NCBI GenBank assembly: GCA_029953675.1 | Contig: JAMWBK010000010.1 | Coordinates: 1,626,455-1,690,454, forward strand | Direction: 5' to 3' | DNA from: Rhodosorus marinus CCMP1338 | Taxonomy: Eukaryota; Plantae; Rhodophyta | DNA length: 64,000 bases | Part shown: positions 1-11,553 of the stretch, piece by piece | Position numbering within the stretch: position 1 is the first letter of the stretch | Layout of the letters: the number at the start of each line of letters is the position of its first letter | Position numbers and translations under genes: made by a program | The notes under the pieces: model-generated | What the model was told of the DNA's origin: nothing | What the model saw: only the letters and a program-made list of their open reading frames with translations | Databases searched by the model: none

Positions 1-387
1 CAAAACGCACCCAGTGTTCGAAAAACAGTTCTGCCGTCATACTGGCGTCTGCATCCGTCCTAGTCGCGACAAACTTCGCGTACTTCGAGAATCGGTCGAT
101 GATTACCAAGATTGCGTCATGTCCGGATTCCGTCATCGGGAGACTGACAATAAAGTCCATCGAGATATCCTGTAACTTTGATTCTGGTACTGGCAGAGGT
201 TGTAAAAACCCCTGAGCCGCCCTTAATGGTTTCTGACGCTGACATGTCTCACACTTCTGTATCAGGGACTGGACGTCGTCTCTTAAGGTCCGCCAATAAT
301 AACGCCGCTTCAACAGGTTGACCGTTTTATGAAGGCCAAAATGACCTCCGGTTGGTTCATCATCGTGTTTCCGCAGAAGTCCGAATT
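1..387 (-). repeat. Inverted (fold-back) copy of the integrase region at about 490-880
   Basis: Bases 1-360 are the near-exact reverse complement of about 520-880, apart from a 7-nt indel and a few substitutions. The arm runs off the window start. Confidence 0.9.
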
Positions 388-1805
388 TTCGAAGCAGTCT
401 ACCCCGAAGCAGTAAAGTACGAGGAGTAGGGATTTCGTAGGAAGCAAGACATTTTATACAAACATCATCGCGTTTGTGTGCCGTGAAAATTCGTACCGGA
501 CTTACTGCGGAAACTCCATGATGAACCAACCGGAGGTCATTTTGGCCTTCATAAAACGGTCAACCTGTTGAAGCGGCGTTATTATTGGCGGACCTTAAGA
601 GACGACGTCCAGTCCCTGATACAGAAGTGTGACAGCGTCAGAAACCATTAAGGGCGGCTCAGGGGTTTTTACAACCTCTGCCAGTACCAGAATCAAAGTT
701 ACAGGATATCTCGATGGACTTTATTGTCAGTCTCCCGATGACGGAATCCGGACATGACGCAATCTTGGTAATCGTCGACCGATTCTCGAAGTACGCGAAG
801 TTTGTCGCGACTAGGACGGATGCAGACGCCAGTATGACGGCAGAACTGTTTTTCGAACACTGGGTGCGTTTTGCAGGCTTACCGCAGACGATAGTCTCCG
901 ATCGAGATTCCAAGTTTACCGGGCTCTTTTGGCAGCAACTAATGAGGATGCTCAAGGTAAAAACTCACTTAAGTACGTCATACCATCCCCAGACGGATGG
1001 ACAGACAGAACGAGTTAACCAGACTTTGGAGACCTATCTGCGATGTAAGAGTAGCAAGCGACATGGGCCTCTGATCTTCCCATGGCGGACCTGGTATATA
1101 ATACACAAATTTCTGAAGCCAGTAAGTACTCACCGTTTGAGCTCTTCTATGGGCGAAACCCTAACCTACCAGAGACATTATTCGTACCACGCGCCGAAGA
1201 GGCTACCCCTTCGCCTTTACCTGATGCAGCCTAAGCCTTGCTACGACAACAGCAAGATCAATACACGGTAGCCAGGAATAATATACTTTATGCTAAAAAG
1301 GTGCAAAAACTGCGCTATGATGCGGGTAGGCGTGATCCTGAGTTCTTACCAGACGAGTTGGTGTTATTGGCAACAACAAACCTGCCGCTGCGGGACCCGA
1401 AACCTTTCAGACCGCGCTACATCGGACCCTTCAGAATCACGCGAAAGGTGAATGACGTAGCCTATACCTTGCAGTTACCAGCCGAGATGAACATACATCC
1501 CACGTTCCATGTCTCCCTGCTGAAGAAATTTCGGGGAACCCCCGACAACGTTCAACTCAAAATACCCGATTGTGCAGCTGAAGTAACAGGAGGCGAAATC
1601 AAATCCGTGCTTGGTCATCGGATGAAACCAGAGGGAACCAGCGAATATATGGTTTACTTCGAGGGTGAAACTGTAGCTTATGCTCGATGGATTGCAGCTC
1701 ATCAGTTGCCACAAACCACTGCTACAAAAAAGCAAATTCGCTACTACATGAACTTTCATCGTGCTGCTGAATCTGCCCGACACCGCGCTTCTTCGGTGGG
1801 AGGGA

Positions 1806-2109
1806 TGTGACGTCTCCACCTTCCAGCAATGTCCGGCTATGCAAAATTATGCTCGGGCTGTGCCAAAATCTCTGGAGGTGCAACACCCTTTTGATTTTAA
1901 TAGTTATTGCACATCCCGATGGAGCAAGAGTATAAGTGCGATGGGCAAACTCGATATTTCCCAGGTTAGCTGGAGAGAGAAAAAAGGATATAGGAGGAAA
2001 AAGGATAGAATTGGAATATATTACCTAATTAGGGAGTAATTAGGGGGGAATAAACCCGGAAATCTGGAGTAATTGAGTGAATATCCAGCTGGCAGTTTGA
2101 GACGTAAAA
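1806..2109 (+). repeat. LTR1 (3' LTR)
   Basis: Starts TGTGACGTCTCC after the PPT and ends GAGACGTAAAA. Homologous to the 305-bp LTRs at 37859 and 42655. Confidence 0.93.
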
Positions 2110-2661
2110 GAGCCGGCAAAAACCACATTTGTGGTTGCCACCGAACGGGTAAATGATAACCTCTCGTATAGATTCAAGCCAAACCTTGGTCGAGTTTCGA
2201 GTTGCAAACGACCATATCAGAAAAAGAAGAAAAAAGCGTGAAAAATACGGACGCAATCGGTTGTCGGACCATTTATCGTACGAAGCTTTTTTTCTTTTTC
2301 ATTCAGGTCCGATAAACTTATATCGGACGGAAGCGACAGTCTTCATACTATATTATATTAGTGTTGTCATATCTCCCCCTCCGAAAAGGTTATGAAGCGT
2401 CCGATATAAGTTTGTCGGACCTGAATTGCCTAATAATTAATCCATATGGTTTTGGACTCGTGTCCAGTACAAATTTATCTGACCAAAAATAAAAATAAGA
2501 TAAAGAGGTTCGTCCGATAACGGTCCGATAATGACCAATTGACGTCCAATCTGTGGGGCATCGTGTTCGTAATACATAGTGCGCTCCATAATGTTGCTGC
2601 GTTTCAACTTTCTGAATTGGTTGCATTCTGAAAAAACCCCAGATTGTATGACAGCCTGTCG
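2110..2661. repeat. Dispersed non-coding repeat E (possible MITE or DNA-transposon remnant)
   Basis: Collinear similarity to about 23385-23700, multiple GTCCGATA/TATCGGAC motifs, and GACAGCCTGTC at the right end. Confidence 0.6.
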
Positions 2662-2677
2662 ACCTCAGAGGAGCCTA

Positions 2678-2947
2678 TGTCACTTCCTTAAGAGACGGGT
2701 TCATTAGCACGACCTTGCACTGGAGCCCGGAGGGCTAAACATAGCATGCCGGAGGGCTAAAGTGGAGAATCGTGGCAAGATTTGGCACTCTAAACCTAGC
2801 CTATATGTACCATAACTATGGCATCTCTCTAAGGGTTAGTGCTAGGAGAAAACGAGTTAGGAAGAGTTAGGAAAAAGAAGTTAAATCTGAGACAAAAATA
2901 GTAAAATTTACCAAGAAATTGAAATCAAGTCATCTGAGGACGTTTCA
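2678..2947 (+). repeat. LTR2 copy followed by a truncated PBS
   Basis: TGTCAC...GAGGACGTTTCA, similar to 5516-5777, followed by TGGTCTCA. Confidence 0.85.
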
Positions 2948-3079
2948 GATGGTCTCACGTCTGGAAGATACAGGTTCAGTAAAACGGCCGGAGGGCTAAA
3001 GTGGAGAATCGCGACAAGATTTGTTACGCTAACCTTAGCATATATATACCGTAACTATGACATCTCTCTCAGGGTTAGC

Positions 3080-3568
3080 GTCGAATTCGTCCGAGGATGG
3101 TAGCTGCTGGTAAATCGCTGGGCAGTAGGCAACAGTCGCAGGTACTCCTCCACCAGTTTTGACCGGAAATTAGCGCCTCGGTCGGTTAATATCTGTACTG
3201 GCCACACGATCTCTTCGTAGATGAACTTGGCGACATTTGCCTGCGTCGCTTCCGGCATCGCTCGTACTAACGACCAACGTGTCAGGGACTCTACTGCTGC
3301 AAGAATCCACTGATTTCCAGTCAGGGACTCTACTGCTGCAAGAATCCACTGATTTCGTTGGTCGGTAGTACGAGCGATGCCGGAAGCGACGCAGGCAAAT
3401 GTCGCCAAGTTCATCTACGAAGAGATCGTGTGTCCATATGGAGCTCCAGTACAGATATTAACCGACCGAGGCGCTAATTTCCGGTCAAAACTGGTGGAGG
3501 AGTACCTGCGACTGTTGCCTACTGCCCAGCGATTTACCAGCAGTTACCATCCTCGGACGAATTCGACG
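3080..3568. repeat. Palindromic insert of a gypsy-type integrase fragment inside LTR2
   Basis: About 3080-3279 is the reverse complement of about 3356-3568 (QILTDRGANF...SSYHPRTN). The spacer is two tandem copies of a 39-bp unit. Confidence 0.88.
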
Positions 3569-5515
3569 GAAGAAGGGGGGAAGAAGGGAGTTAGGAACAG
3601 TTGGGAAAAAGAACTTAAGTCTAAGACAAAGGAAAAGCCGATTTACGAAGAATTCGAAACCAGAACAAACATCATCTGAGGACGTTTCAGTTGGTCTCAT
3701 CGCGTGATTGCGATTGAGGAACCGACCGGAGGCAGAGAACCTGATGGACAAAGTAAATGAGCCCAGAACCAGAACCAGAATGTCGTCATTCATAAAGATC
3801 CAGGCCCAGCACCCGAAGGCTTACGACGGTCGGAGGGATGCATTGCTGATTATCAAGTTCCTAAACAGCCTACGAACATATTTTAAATTAGCGCAGCTAC
3901 CCGAAGACGACGATGAATATAAGATACCCTGGCCGAGGCTTATCTCACCGGAGACGCATCATATTGGTGGTCGCTGATACACGAAAATCGAAAAACAGAC
4001 CACTACGACGGATTTGAAGACAACCTTGAAGGCTGAATTTTACCCGGCCGACGCGAAAAAATCTGAGCTAAGCAACAGTTCGCGAGACCGGTCCAACGGA
4101 CGTCGGTCGCGGCGTAATCGGCTTATTTCAACAAGTGCCTCATCCAAGTCGGAACGATCTCCGATTCTGAGAACTTTGACCGTTTTGTCCACGGATTGAA
4201 GACTGACATCAACGGTATATTTATATACACGATGTCCAAACATTTGAGGAGGCACAAGCGCTGCCGCTGAAAATGGAGCTGAGATGGCCAGCCAAAATTC
4301 TAGAAGGGAGGGAAAACTTTCACCAAACACGGCAACGTCCCAAACCACCTTCGTACGGCTGTTGAACACCATATTTTTTAACCGGTTGGGAAAGTGTCCA
4401 TATCGGTGGATTTCATTGTCAACTTACCATTGACGTCGGAAGGCTATGACTCCATCCTCGTTCCCGTCGACAGGTTTACGAAATATGTGCGGTTCGTTTC
4501 GACGACCACTTCCGCCACTGTTTCCGAAGTTGCAGAGTTGTGTTCACACCATTGGCTGCGCATTGCGGGTGTTCCCGCGGATACCCTCTCCGATCGCGAT
4601 CCCCGATTCACGTGTGTTTTCTGGGGACACTGATGAAACTACTGAGGGTGAAACAGAACCTCAGTACGGCGTATCACCCACAGACAGATGAACCGACCGA
4701 ACGGACAAACCAAAAGTTGGAAACCTACTTATGATGCACTGCCCGGCGCAGAATTGGGAGGCAGACCTTTCAACTGCCGAGCTGTGGTACAAGAGTCAGG
4801 TCTGAGACCCATTTTCCCCTTTGGAAGTGCTGTACGGACGCAACCCGACGTTAGCGTACGACCTCATCTTGCCGGACTACCACAGTGTGCAACTCCCTTA
4901 CCCGAAACTGCAACGGTGCTCCTACGACGCCAACAAGATCAACAATCTTTATACCGAGTCAACGTTAGGTTCTGCCCAGGACGGCAGCGGTTTTACTCCG
5001 ATCGTGGGAAAAAAGACGTGCAGTTTAAAACCGGCGATTCCGTCGTGCTATCTACGCGAAATCTCCACCCGCCGGGTAGTAAGGTTTTTCGACCTCGCCA
5101 TATGGGGGGGGAAAAGGCGACGCGCCAAGACATGAGGCCATCATGTCACGAAAATCGCGGACAGGAATGCGGGCCTTTCAAAGTTCTACAAAACATCGGC
5201 GAAGTTGCGTACCACTTAAGCTCACGGAGGATTTTCAAATTCATGATGTTTTTCTGCGACGAGTCGAGTAATACCTGCGTTCCTGTGGCTCACGCAACCC
5301 TGCGAGGTTAAGTCGGTATTCGGGCATCGGCTGAGCGCTGAGGATTTGAACGAATATTTGCTCTATATGGATTGGGGAGACAACGGATGATCTACGATGG
5401 TTATCACATCATCTGCCGCAGAATGGGAATACCAAGAAGCAGATCCAGTATTACACAAACCTTCATAAGGCTGCTTCATCTTCAGCCAGAAGTCTTTTCC
5501 TGCGGAGGGAGGAGA

Positions 5516-5777
5516 TGTCACGTCCTGAAGAGACAGGTTCAGTGGCACGGCCGGAGGGCTAAAGTGGAGAGTCGTGACAAGATTTGGCACGCTACCCTTA
5601 TAGCCTATAAATACCGTAACTATGACATCTCTCCAGGGTTGGAAATAGGAGAAAGGGGGTAGAAGGGAAGCGAGTTAAATAGGAAGAGTTAGGAAAAAGA
5701 AGTTAAATCTGAGACAAAAGTAAAAGCTGATTACGAAGAAACTGAAACCAGGGCAAACGTCATCTGAGGACGTTTCA
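5516..5777 (+). repeat. LTR2 (3' LTR)
   Basis: TGTCACGTCCT...AGGACGTTTCA directly after a purine tract. Confidence 0.88.
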
Positions 5778-7251
5778 GCCTAAAGCATACTGCGGAGCCT
5801 AAGGATGGGATGATTGATATTAGACATTCGATGTTTTTATCGGACACAAAATAAGACATGTATTTTAGAAGTATTTCAAGCGGGCTTCGCCTAATTGTCT
5901 TCATTGATTCGAACACAAATTGTCAACGAAAAAGCTTATCGGAGGGTTTATGACAGGGTTTTGAATAGAATTTATTTTCTCTACATGACAGACTGTATGC
6001 CAGATGTCTTAGACTGAGCGGTGATACCTGATAGTGGATAGAAAAAGGGAAGAAATTTTTGCAGGTAAACCAAAAATTGAAATTCTTGAGACCCGTAAGT
6101 TCTCTATTGCGTAGCTTAGTTTCGCGAAATGCAGATCCGTTCGTGTCGAACCAACTTACAACTCCGAGGATTTTGGAGAATAAAGGATTCCATTTAACTC
6201 TTGGACAATTTCCTCATAACTTAGGTTGGGAATAACGGTCGGATCAAATCACCGCTTTTCATCATTATTACCGAAGATCCTAATGCATCTGCATCTTCCC
6301 CTAGTGGGACTATGGCTACTCTTAGTAGCAGGTGAATAACCTGTGTGGTGCTTTGTGACTTCTCCGCACTTGCCCAACAGAATTTGGATCTCCATGAGCA
6401 CAGGCTGCTCCAAATTACGTAATTGAAAATATCGGACGAAGCCATGGAGAGACGCCTACTTACTATGAAACGCATTTTCGATGAGCATTTATCCGGTCGT
6501 CCGCAATTTTGCAATCGGACCTTTTCGGACGTCTTCATATCCGCCCGCGCAAGAAAACCCCGCTCCGTTTAGTACCAATCGTGTGGGAGCACGCGCCAAG
6601 CGTGCTTAACTGATAGAACCAAGTTTGGGGTTTCGTATAAAGTGTGAGCAAGAAATCAAAATGCTGAGCGCGTGCGGACGATGTTTTTCTAATGGAAACT
6701 GGCTTTTCGCGTTCATAGCGCAGAGTGCTTTAGGTTCTGTTCGAGAATTCACATAGTCAGACGCCTCCTGCTCGACCACAGACATCAGCGCATCCTTTTG
6801 TTTTTTTGCGTGCGTCTGCGGTTGCTGCACTCCACCTGAAAGGGGTCAAGTCCTAACTTGGTAGAGTTATGATTCCGGCGTTGAGTCCGCGGTGGATGTT
6901 AGCGAATGCTGCCAGTCACTAGATGCGCTTGGGAAGAGCAATGAACCTTGAACAATGAGCTCTTTAGTCTAGTATCTGCCCCGAGGAAAGGATAATTCCT
7001 TGCACTCTGGCTTTCGAGGGGAGTCCGATTTCGAGTGAAGAACAAACTCTTCATATTTCTCCGCTGTGGACATTTTTCCATTACATACCTTCGAAACGGC
7101 TCGAACGCGCCGAAAAAGCTAGATAGTAAACCATTTGCCAGAATTTGCCACGTGTGCAACGGAAAACAATCGCATAGTTGCCCTGACGAGAAGGTACCAT
7201 AATTCGAGCTAAACTCCTACACTAACTAGTACGAGACGTTTTTGTCAAGTT

Positions 7252-7921
7252 TCAAGAAGCCTTCCTTTTTGACCCTGTAGCCGGCGTGGTCTCTGATTTG
7301 CCTTTCGCGGCTCCCCCTCTCAGTCCGAGCAGTCTTTTCAGCTCTCTTCGAAGGATCAAAAGAGTAAAGACTACCCATAACACTATGGCAGGGCTCCAAA
7401 TGGATTGCCGAAGAACGCTTCTCGCGAAGACTTCGAGGACGTTTAGGACACAGCACGCATAAGTAGCTTGTGCGTCCAGGCGAGATAGTAGCATCGTACC
7501 CGAAAATATTTGCGCCATCCCATACAGAACCCTATCATTCGACGATCAAGATCGAAGTTTGTAAGTCTCCAAGAGCAAGGAAGGGTTTCGAGGGCCAGAT
7601 GCCCACTGTTTTGCCTTCTTGTTCTCCAGATTTATGGGGTACAGCAATCGCAGAGCTCAAACACTTACGTCCCAGATTACGACGCAGAAAAAAATAACCG
7701 ACGTACCTTAGAGAGGTGTCATCAAAAGACGCCGGCATACCAGCCCTTTGCAACAGCGCATGGTATTGCCTGAATTGAAGAAGCTGACGTGCATAATGCT
7801 TAGGATAGAAAAGTCCTGAGATCTTCATCAACCCAGAAGCAGCCATATAAACGAAAAGCGCGAGGGATGCATAGCTAATTGCTTTTACCACCCTCTGAAT
7901 CGCAGTCTGGTCGTCAGCCAT
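7252..7921 (-). CDS. TMEM35/NACHO-like (DoxX-family) membrane protein; 2 exons (predicted intron 7532-7706)
   Basis: Exon 1 is MADDQTAIQRVVKAISYASLALFVYMAASGLMKIS...TSLR. It joins in frame across a GT-AG intron to VLYGMAQIFSGTMLL...IVLWVVFTLLILRR. The hydrophobic pattern resembles TMEM35A from memory. Confidence 0.65.
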
Positions 7922-8474
7922 TGGCGATTTTACCTTCCTGATAGCGCCACCTAAATCAGCAGTCAGACCGCAAGCACATATTATCCAGCCTTGAAACACA
8001 ACCAAAGGATTACCTTAACACTCACCCTAACACCCCCAGTACCGCGAACGATCTGAGAGGGTGCCCGTGTCGTTTCATCTCTGGTCTCACAGGTCCTGGG
8101 AGAGGGTTTCTTTCTGCTGCAGGCCAGAGTGAAAGTGAACAGAAGTTTTTACGATTCGCTTGAACAGTCCTTGCGAACTTTCAGAGGCGAAGATTGTTTT
8201 CAATTAGGAAACGCGTCTCGCTACTGCTATGATACTGGCGCCATGAAGAGTGGCTATTTAAGGTGATCTGACAGCTACGGCGGTTGTTTAAAATTCGGGG
8301 CTATTTTCTCAGAGTATTGGAGCATTAGGTACTCTTCCTCTCTCCGCTGTGGTGCGGAGTTGTTCGATGCAGCTAGGACTCAGCAATAAACACGTGGCCT
8401 CTGAGCTACACATTTCACAGTTCAGATATGTGGTTTCGATAGTATGTCATCCCCAGACTAACGTAACGACAAAG

Positions 8475-9782
8475 TCAGGTGTCTACTTCCCTGCCTTGTG
8501 CTCGAATCTGGCTTGAAGAAATATCTTCCCGGAACAGAGCTTCTGGTATTTCTACGAACATTCTGTTGAGCTCGTTGGGTATATCGATATCCCGCAAGGT
8601 CAAGAATTTGGACTCCCCGTTGCCCAACTGTTCTATCCGGCCAGCGACAAAGATCCGAGAGCCAACGTTTGCCTTTTCGGACAGCTGGTGTATCATCTCT
8701 TCTGACCCACCTGCGTAGTAGGCAGGGTTCAGGATCCTTACTGCTGTGTCATAGCCCGAAACGAAACAGCAGCCTGGGAGTATGTTCATTTTCTCGACAA
8801 ATAAGGGCTTCGTGGTCAGGATCACTTGAGATTCACCCCGGAACTGTTCTACTCGACGGAGTGTCTCGTCCACAGAGAGTCGCCCCTTGTCAGCGTTGAC
8901 CACTGCAAGCTCGTACGCAGCCTGTCGCTCTCCCGATAAGCGCTTGGCCGCTTCGAACAATTTCTGGTGACCTATGTGCAAGGGGTTAAAAGATCCCGGA
9001 AGAACTAAGCCCTGAAAACGCATATACTCGGTCGCAGTCACGCCGTCTTTATCAATAAGAACCGAGTCCAGTCGCGTCTCTCCTTTCAAGAACTTTGCAA
9101 TAAGTGTTCCAGGATTTCGCGATCCTTCTTGATGCTCTAGCTTCTCCACGACATCAAGCCCAATGGTTATGAGTCTATCTGAGCCTCTTCCTTCCTGTAG
9201 GGATCCCTCCAACGCAAAGAGAATGGCTCTCGATACTAGCTCATCCTCTTCTGCTCTTGTCCGTGTTCCTTTTCCTAGCACCGACCCGTAGCTGTGAATC
9301 CCTTCTTTGGTGGCAACGGATACCCAGAACCTATTTGTCCCCTTACGCTCTGGTGTGGTACTGATTGCGGCAGTCGCACCGACTCCTAGCAATCGGTACT
9401 CGGGCGCAGAGCCGCTGTTGACCGTTGAGCCCTCCCGTAGGTACTCTTGTCCTCGGGCATAGCATGCCTCAGCCATAAGAGCAGATATTTCCTGGTTCAC
9501 TGTCCCAGCAACTACATCGGGCAGGGCTGGTCGCAGAAGGTTTTCAAGAGCGCGCCGATTGTATGGCACAATCCCCTCTAAGATCGTAGATGAAGCCCCG
9601 GGCTCATTCAGAAGCCATGCTAGTACTCGTGATCCAGCCCCAGTGGTTGCCAACACAAGCTTCGTTCTACGGTCAGAGTGGAGCCTCTGGATGAAATCCT
9701 TAACTTCGCCTCTGGCTTCATATCCCATACGCAAAGGTGCTCCCGAACCGAAGGCCAACATTTGCTTTTGAGAAGCCGCCAT
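8475..9782 (-). CDS. Nucleotidyltransferase (NMNAT/cytidylyltransferase-like) fused to an N-terminal PncC/CinA-like domain; single exon
   Basis: 435-aa ORF with VLPGSFNPLHIGH (HIGH motif), GYDTAVRILNPAYY and ISSSQIR. The N-terminus has TGAGSRVLAWLL...PGASSTILEGIVPY and GVGATAAI. Confidence 0.85.
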   Translation of the reverse strand: MAASQKQMLAFGSGAPLRMGYEARGEVKDFIQRLHSDRRTKLVLATTGAGSRVLAWLLNEPGASSTILEGIVPYNRRALENLLRPALPDVVAGTVNQEISALMAEACYARGQEYLREGSTVNSGSAPEYRLLGVGATAAISTTPERKGTNRFWVSVATKEGIHSYGSVLGKGTRTRAEEDELVSRAILFALEGSLQEGRGSDRLITIGLDVVEKLEHQEGSRNPGTLIAKFLKGETRLDSVLIDKDGVTATEYMRFQGLVLPGSFNPLHIGHQKLFEAAKRLSGERQAAYELAVVNADKGRLSVDETLRRVEQFRGESQVILTTKPLFVEKMNILPGCCFVSGYDTAVRILNPAYYAGGSEEMIHQLSEKANVGSRIFVAGRIEQLGNGESKFLTLRDIDIPNELNRMFVEIPEALFREDISSSQIRAQGREVDT

Positions 9783-10208
9783 TGGTTCTTTGCGAAAAGA
9801 TTTCCTTTACTGTTTAGTTGGTGGAAAGCTCCTTCCAGCTGACTATCGCACCTTCATCCAACTCCGCAAATTATGATTTTCTCTCGAACGTAGTTGAATG
9901 AATGTGTTCGCTCAACACGATACTACACCCGCGCAATGAATCTCCTAGCTACTCCCGTCCAAGCCTCGACTTGCCTGACCCATGGGATGACTAAGTATGC
10001 ATCAGCTGGTGGTCTCCGCCTCAAAATTGTTGAGACATTTCACCAGGGAAGGGTAGGTCATCCTCCACGTGCTCACCGGGGAATCGAGGAGAACCAATTT
10101 TTTTTCGTCGAGACGCTGATTGTAGGTGAAACGCTTTAAGAACAGTTCTGGGTATTGAGAGTCTTGGGCTAGCATCTGGTGGGGTTTGAATGTCGTAAGG
10201 AATTCACC

Positions 10209-10511
10209 ATGGGAAGCACTGCAAGCAAGGATGAGGAGCCAGCCAGGTCTCAAAAGCAGCCGATGGTTAGTCAAAAGAAGAGAAAGGTATGCTATGAGCA
10301 TCGAGACAAATACTACGAATGTTTCAATACGCAAACGGCCGATGGTTCCGCAGATCAATGCAAAGAGTTGCGGCGCCAATACGAAGAGGCCTGTCTCCGA
10401 TCATGGGTGAAGTACTTTGACGACATGCACAAAAACGAAAAATCTGCCGCGGCACAGAAGCGTATGATGCAGACAGTGCAACCCTCTAAAAGATTCGCAG
10501 CTGAGGAATAG
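10209..10511 (+). CDS. COA6: COX6B/COA6-family cytochrome c oxidase assembly protein
   Basis: RKVCYEHRDKYYEC...C...Y...C..SWVKYF four-Cys pattern. Confidence 0.8.
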   Translation: MGSTASKDEEPARSQKQPMVSQKKRKVCYEHRDKYYECFNTQTADGSADQCKELRRQYEEACLRSWVKYFDDMHKNEKSAAAQKRMMQTVQPSKRFAAEE

Positions 10512-11553
10512 AGCTGCTCTGAATTTGGATTGCTGTGCCTCTCACCCATGATATTGGTATCCACAGAAACAGCTCCGGGCCCCTAAAAGGTCGAGCGCTC
10601 TCAATGGAGTTGGCTTCCCCGATCCAAACACCGCTGAAATCTTAGCATCCAACTCGTGATTGGTCAGCCGGGTGCACATTCCAGAACGCTGCGAAGCTCA
10701 GGGTGTTGCCAGTACGATATAGCGCTCACAGCCTTCACGTAAAGGTGAGAGCTTCTGGACTGAGCTTCACTCGACCGAAGATTTTAGCTCATCCACCGTA
10801 AGCACTGTTCATATGCTCCGTTTTGATAATGGAGGAGTTGAAAAGGAACGGAGCAGAAATAATGATGGAATGAAGGAACAGTAAACTAAATTCTCTTCTC
10901 GTCCTCTGCTTGCACCAACAACCTAACGAGAGGATTGCGAACACACGAGCTGTAGGATTTTTGAGCATCCGACAATCGCGGAGTGCTTCGTCCGCAGTTG
11001 CTTTTTAAGCATACTTGCTTTTCCAGAAACCCAATTCACGAGCGCAGGGCGGCCTCTATATGCATCCTTCTTGCGCACGACGGCCTCATTGCCTTCCGTT
11101 TGACTCTAGATTGCTAATATGAAGCTAATAACTAGGACATGACAGGAGCAAACCCTCTCCACGCAAGCTGAATCCCCACTCAACTGGATGAGGAGTGCGA
11201 GCCTAGCAGAGGAAAAAGTAACTCCATTCATCGACGTTATGCAGAGAATGCTTTCTGCTGTGACAACCATAAACAATACAGGTAAATAAGTTTTTCTTCG
11301 TTATTTTATTGCACATATTCTATATCACTGAGGAGGCTCTATTTGCAGATATAGGACGGCCTGGGAGGATAGGAGGGATGGGGATGGAGGGTGACGCTAG
11401 TCTCGGGAGGAAAGGAATGGTTATAGGTTGTGGAGACCGGAAAACGTGAGAACTACTTTGTAAAGAATAGTTGTAAGGCTCGCGGTAAGTCAATTTGACT
11501 TGAGGAAGTGTGTTGCAGGAGTGAGAAGCTTCTGTCTTCTAATATCCGTTATC

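Larger units (their letters stand above)
1..2109 (+). mobile_element. 3' remnant of a chromodomain Ty3/gypsy LTR retrotransposon (LTR1 family); frameshifted integrase-chromodomain, PPT and 3' LTR
   Basis: ORFs 714-1271 and 1238-1810 carry integrase motifs (ISMDFI..., SDRDSKFT, YHPQTDGQTERVNQ, RPRYIGPF) and a chromodomain-like end. They closely match pol at 38159-41593. PPT GGTGGGAGGGA precedes the LTR at 1806. Confidence 0.95.
2953..5777 (+). mobile_element. Internally deleted, degenerate Ty3/gypsy element with LTR2 termini (gag remnant, integrase/chromodomain remnant; no PR, RT or RNase H seen)
   Basis: The 5' LTR2 (about 2953-3689) is interrupted by a palindromic insert. PBS TGGTCTCATCGC lies near 3692 and gag MSSFIKIQAQHPKAYDGRRDALL near 3780 (homologous to 41769-42545). 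Integrase fragments span 4394-5311, then PPT GGAGGGAGGAGA and 3' LTR 5516-5777. Confidence 0.85.

Noticed and set aside
5800-7200. Possible genes at 5.8-7.2, 10.6-11.4, 12.2-13.6, 16.0-16.8, 22.0-22.8, 27.6-28.0 and 33.7-35.3 kb
   Set aside because: Coding-like fragments and splice-like sites exist, but I could not build a supported model or recognise a product.
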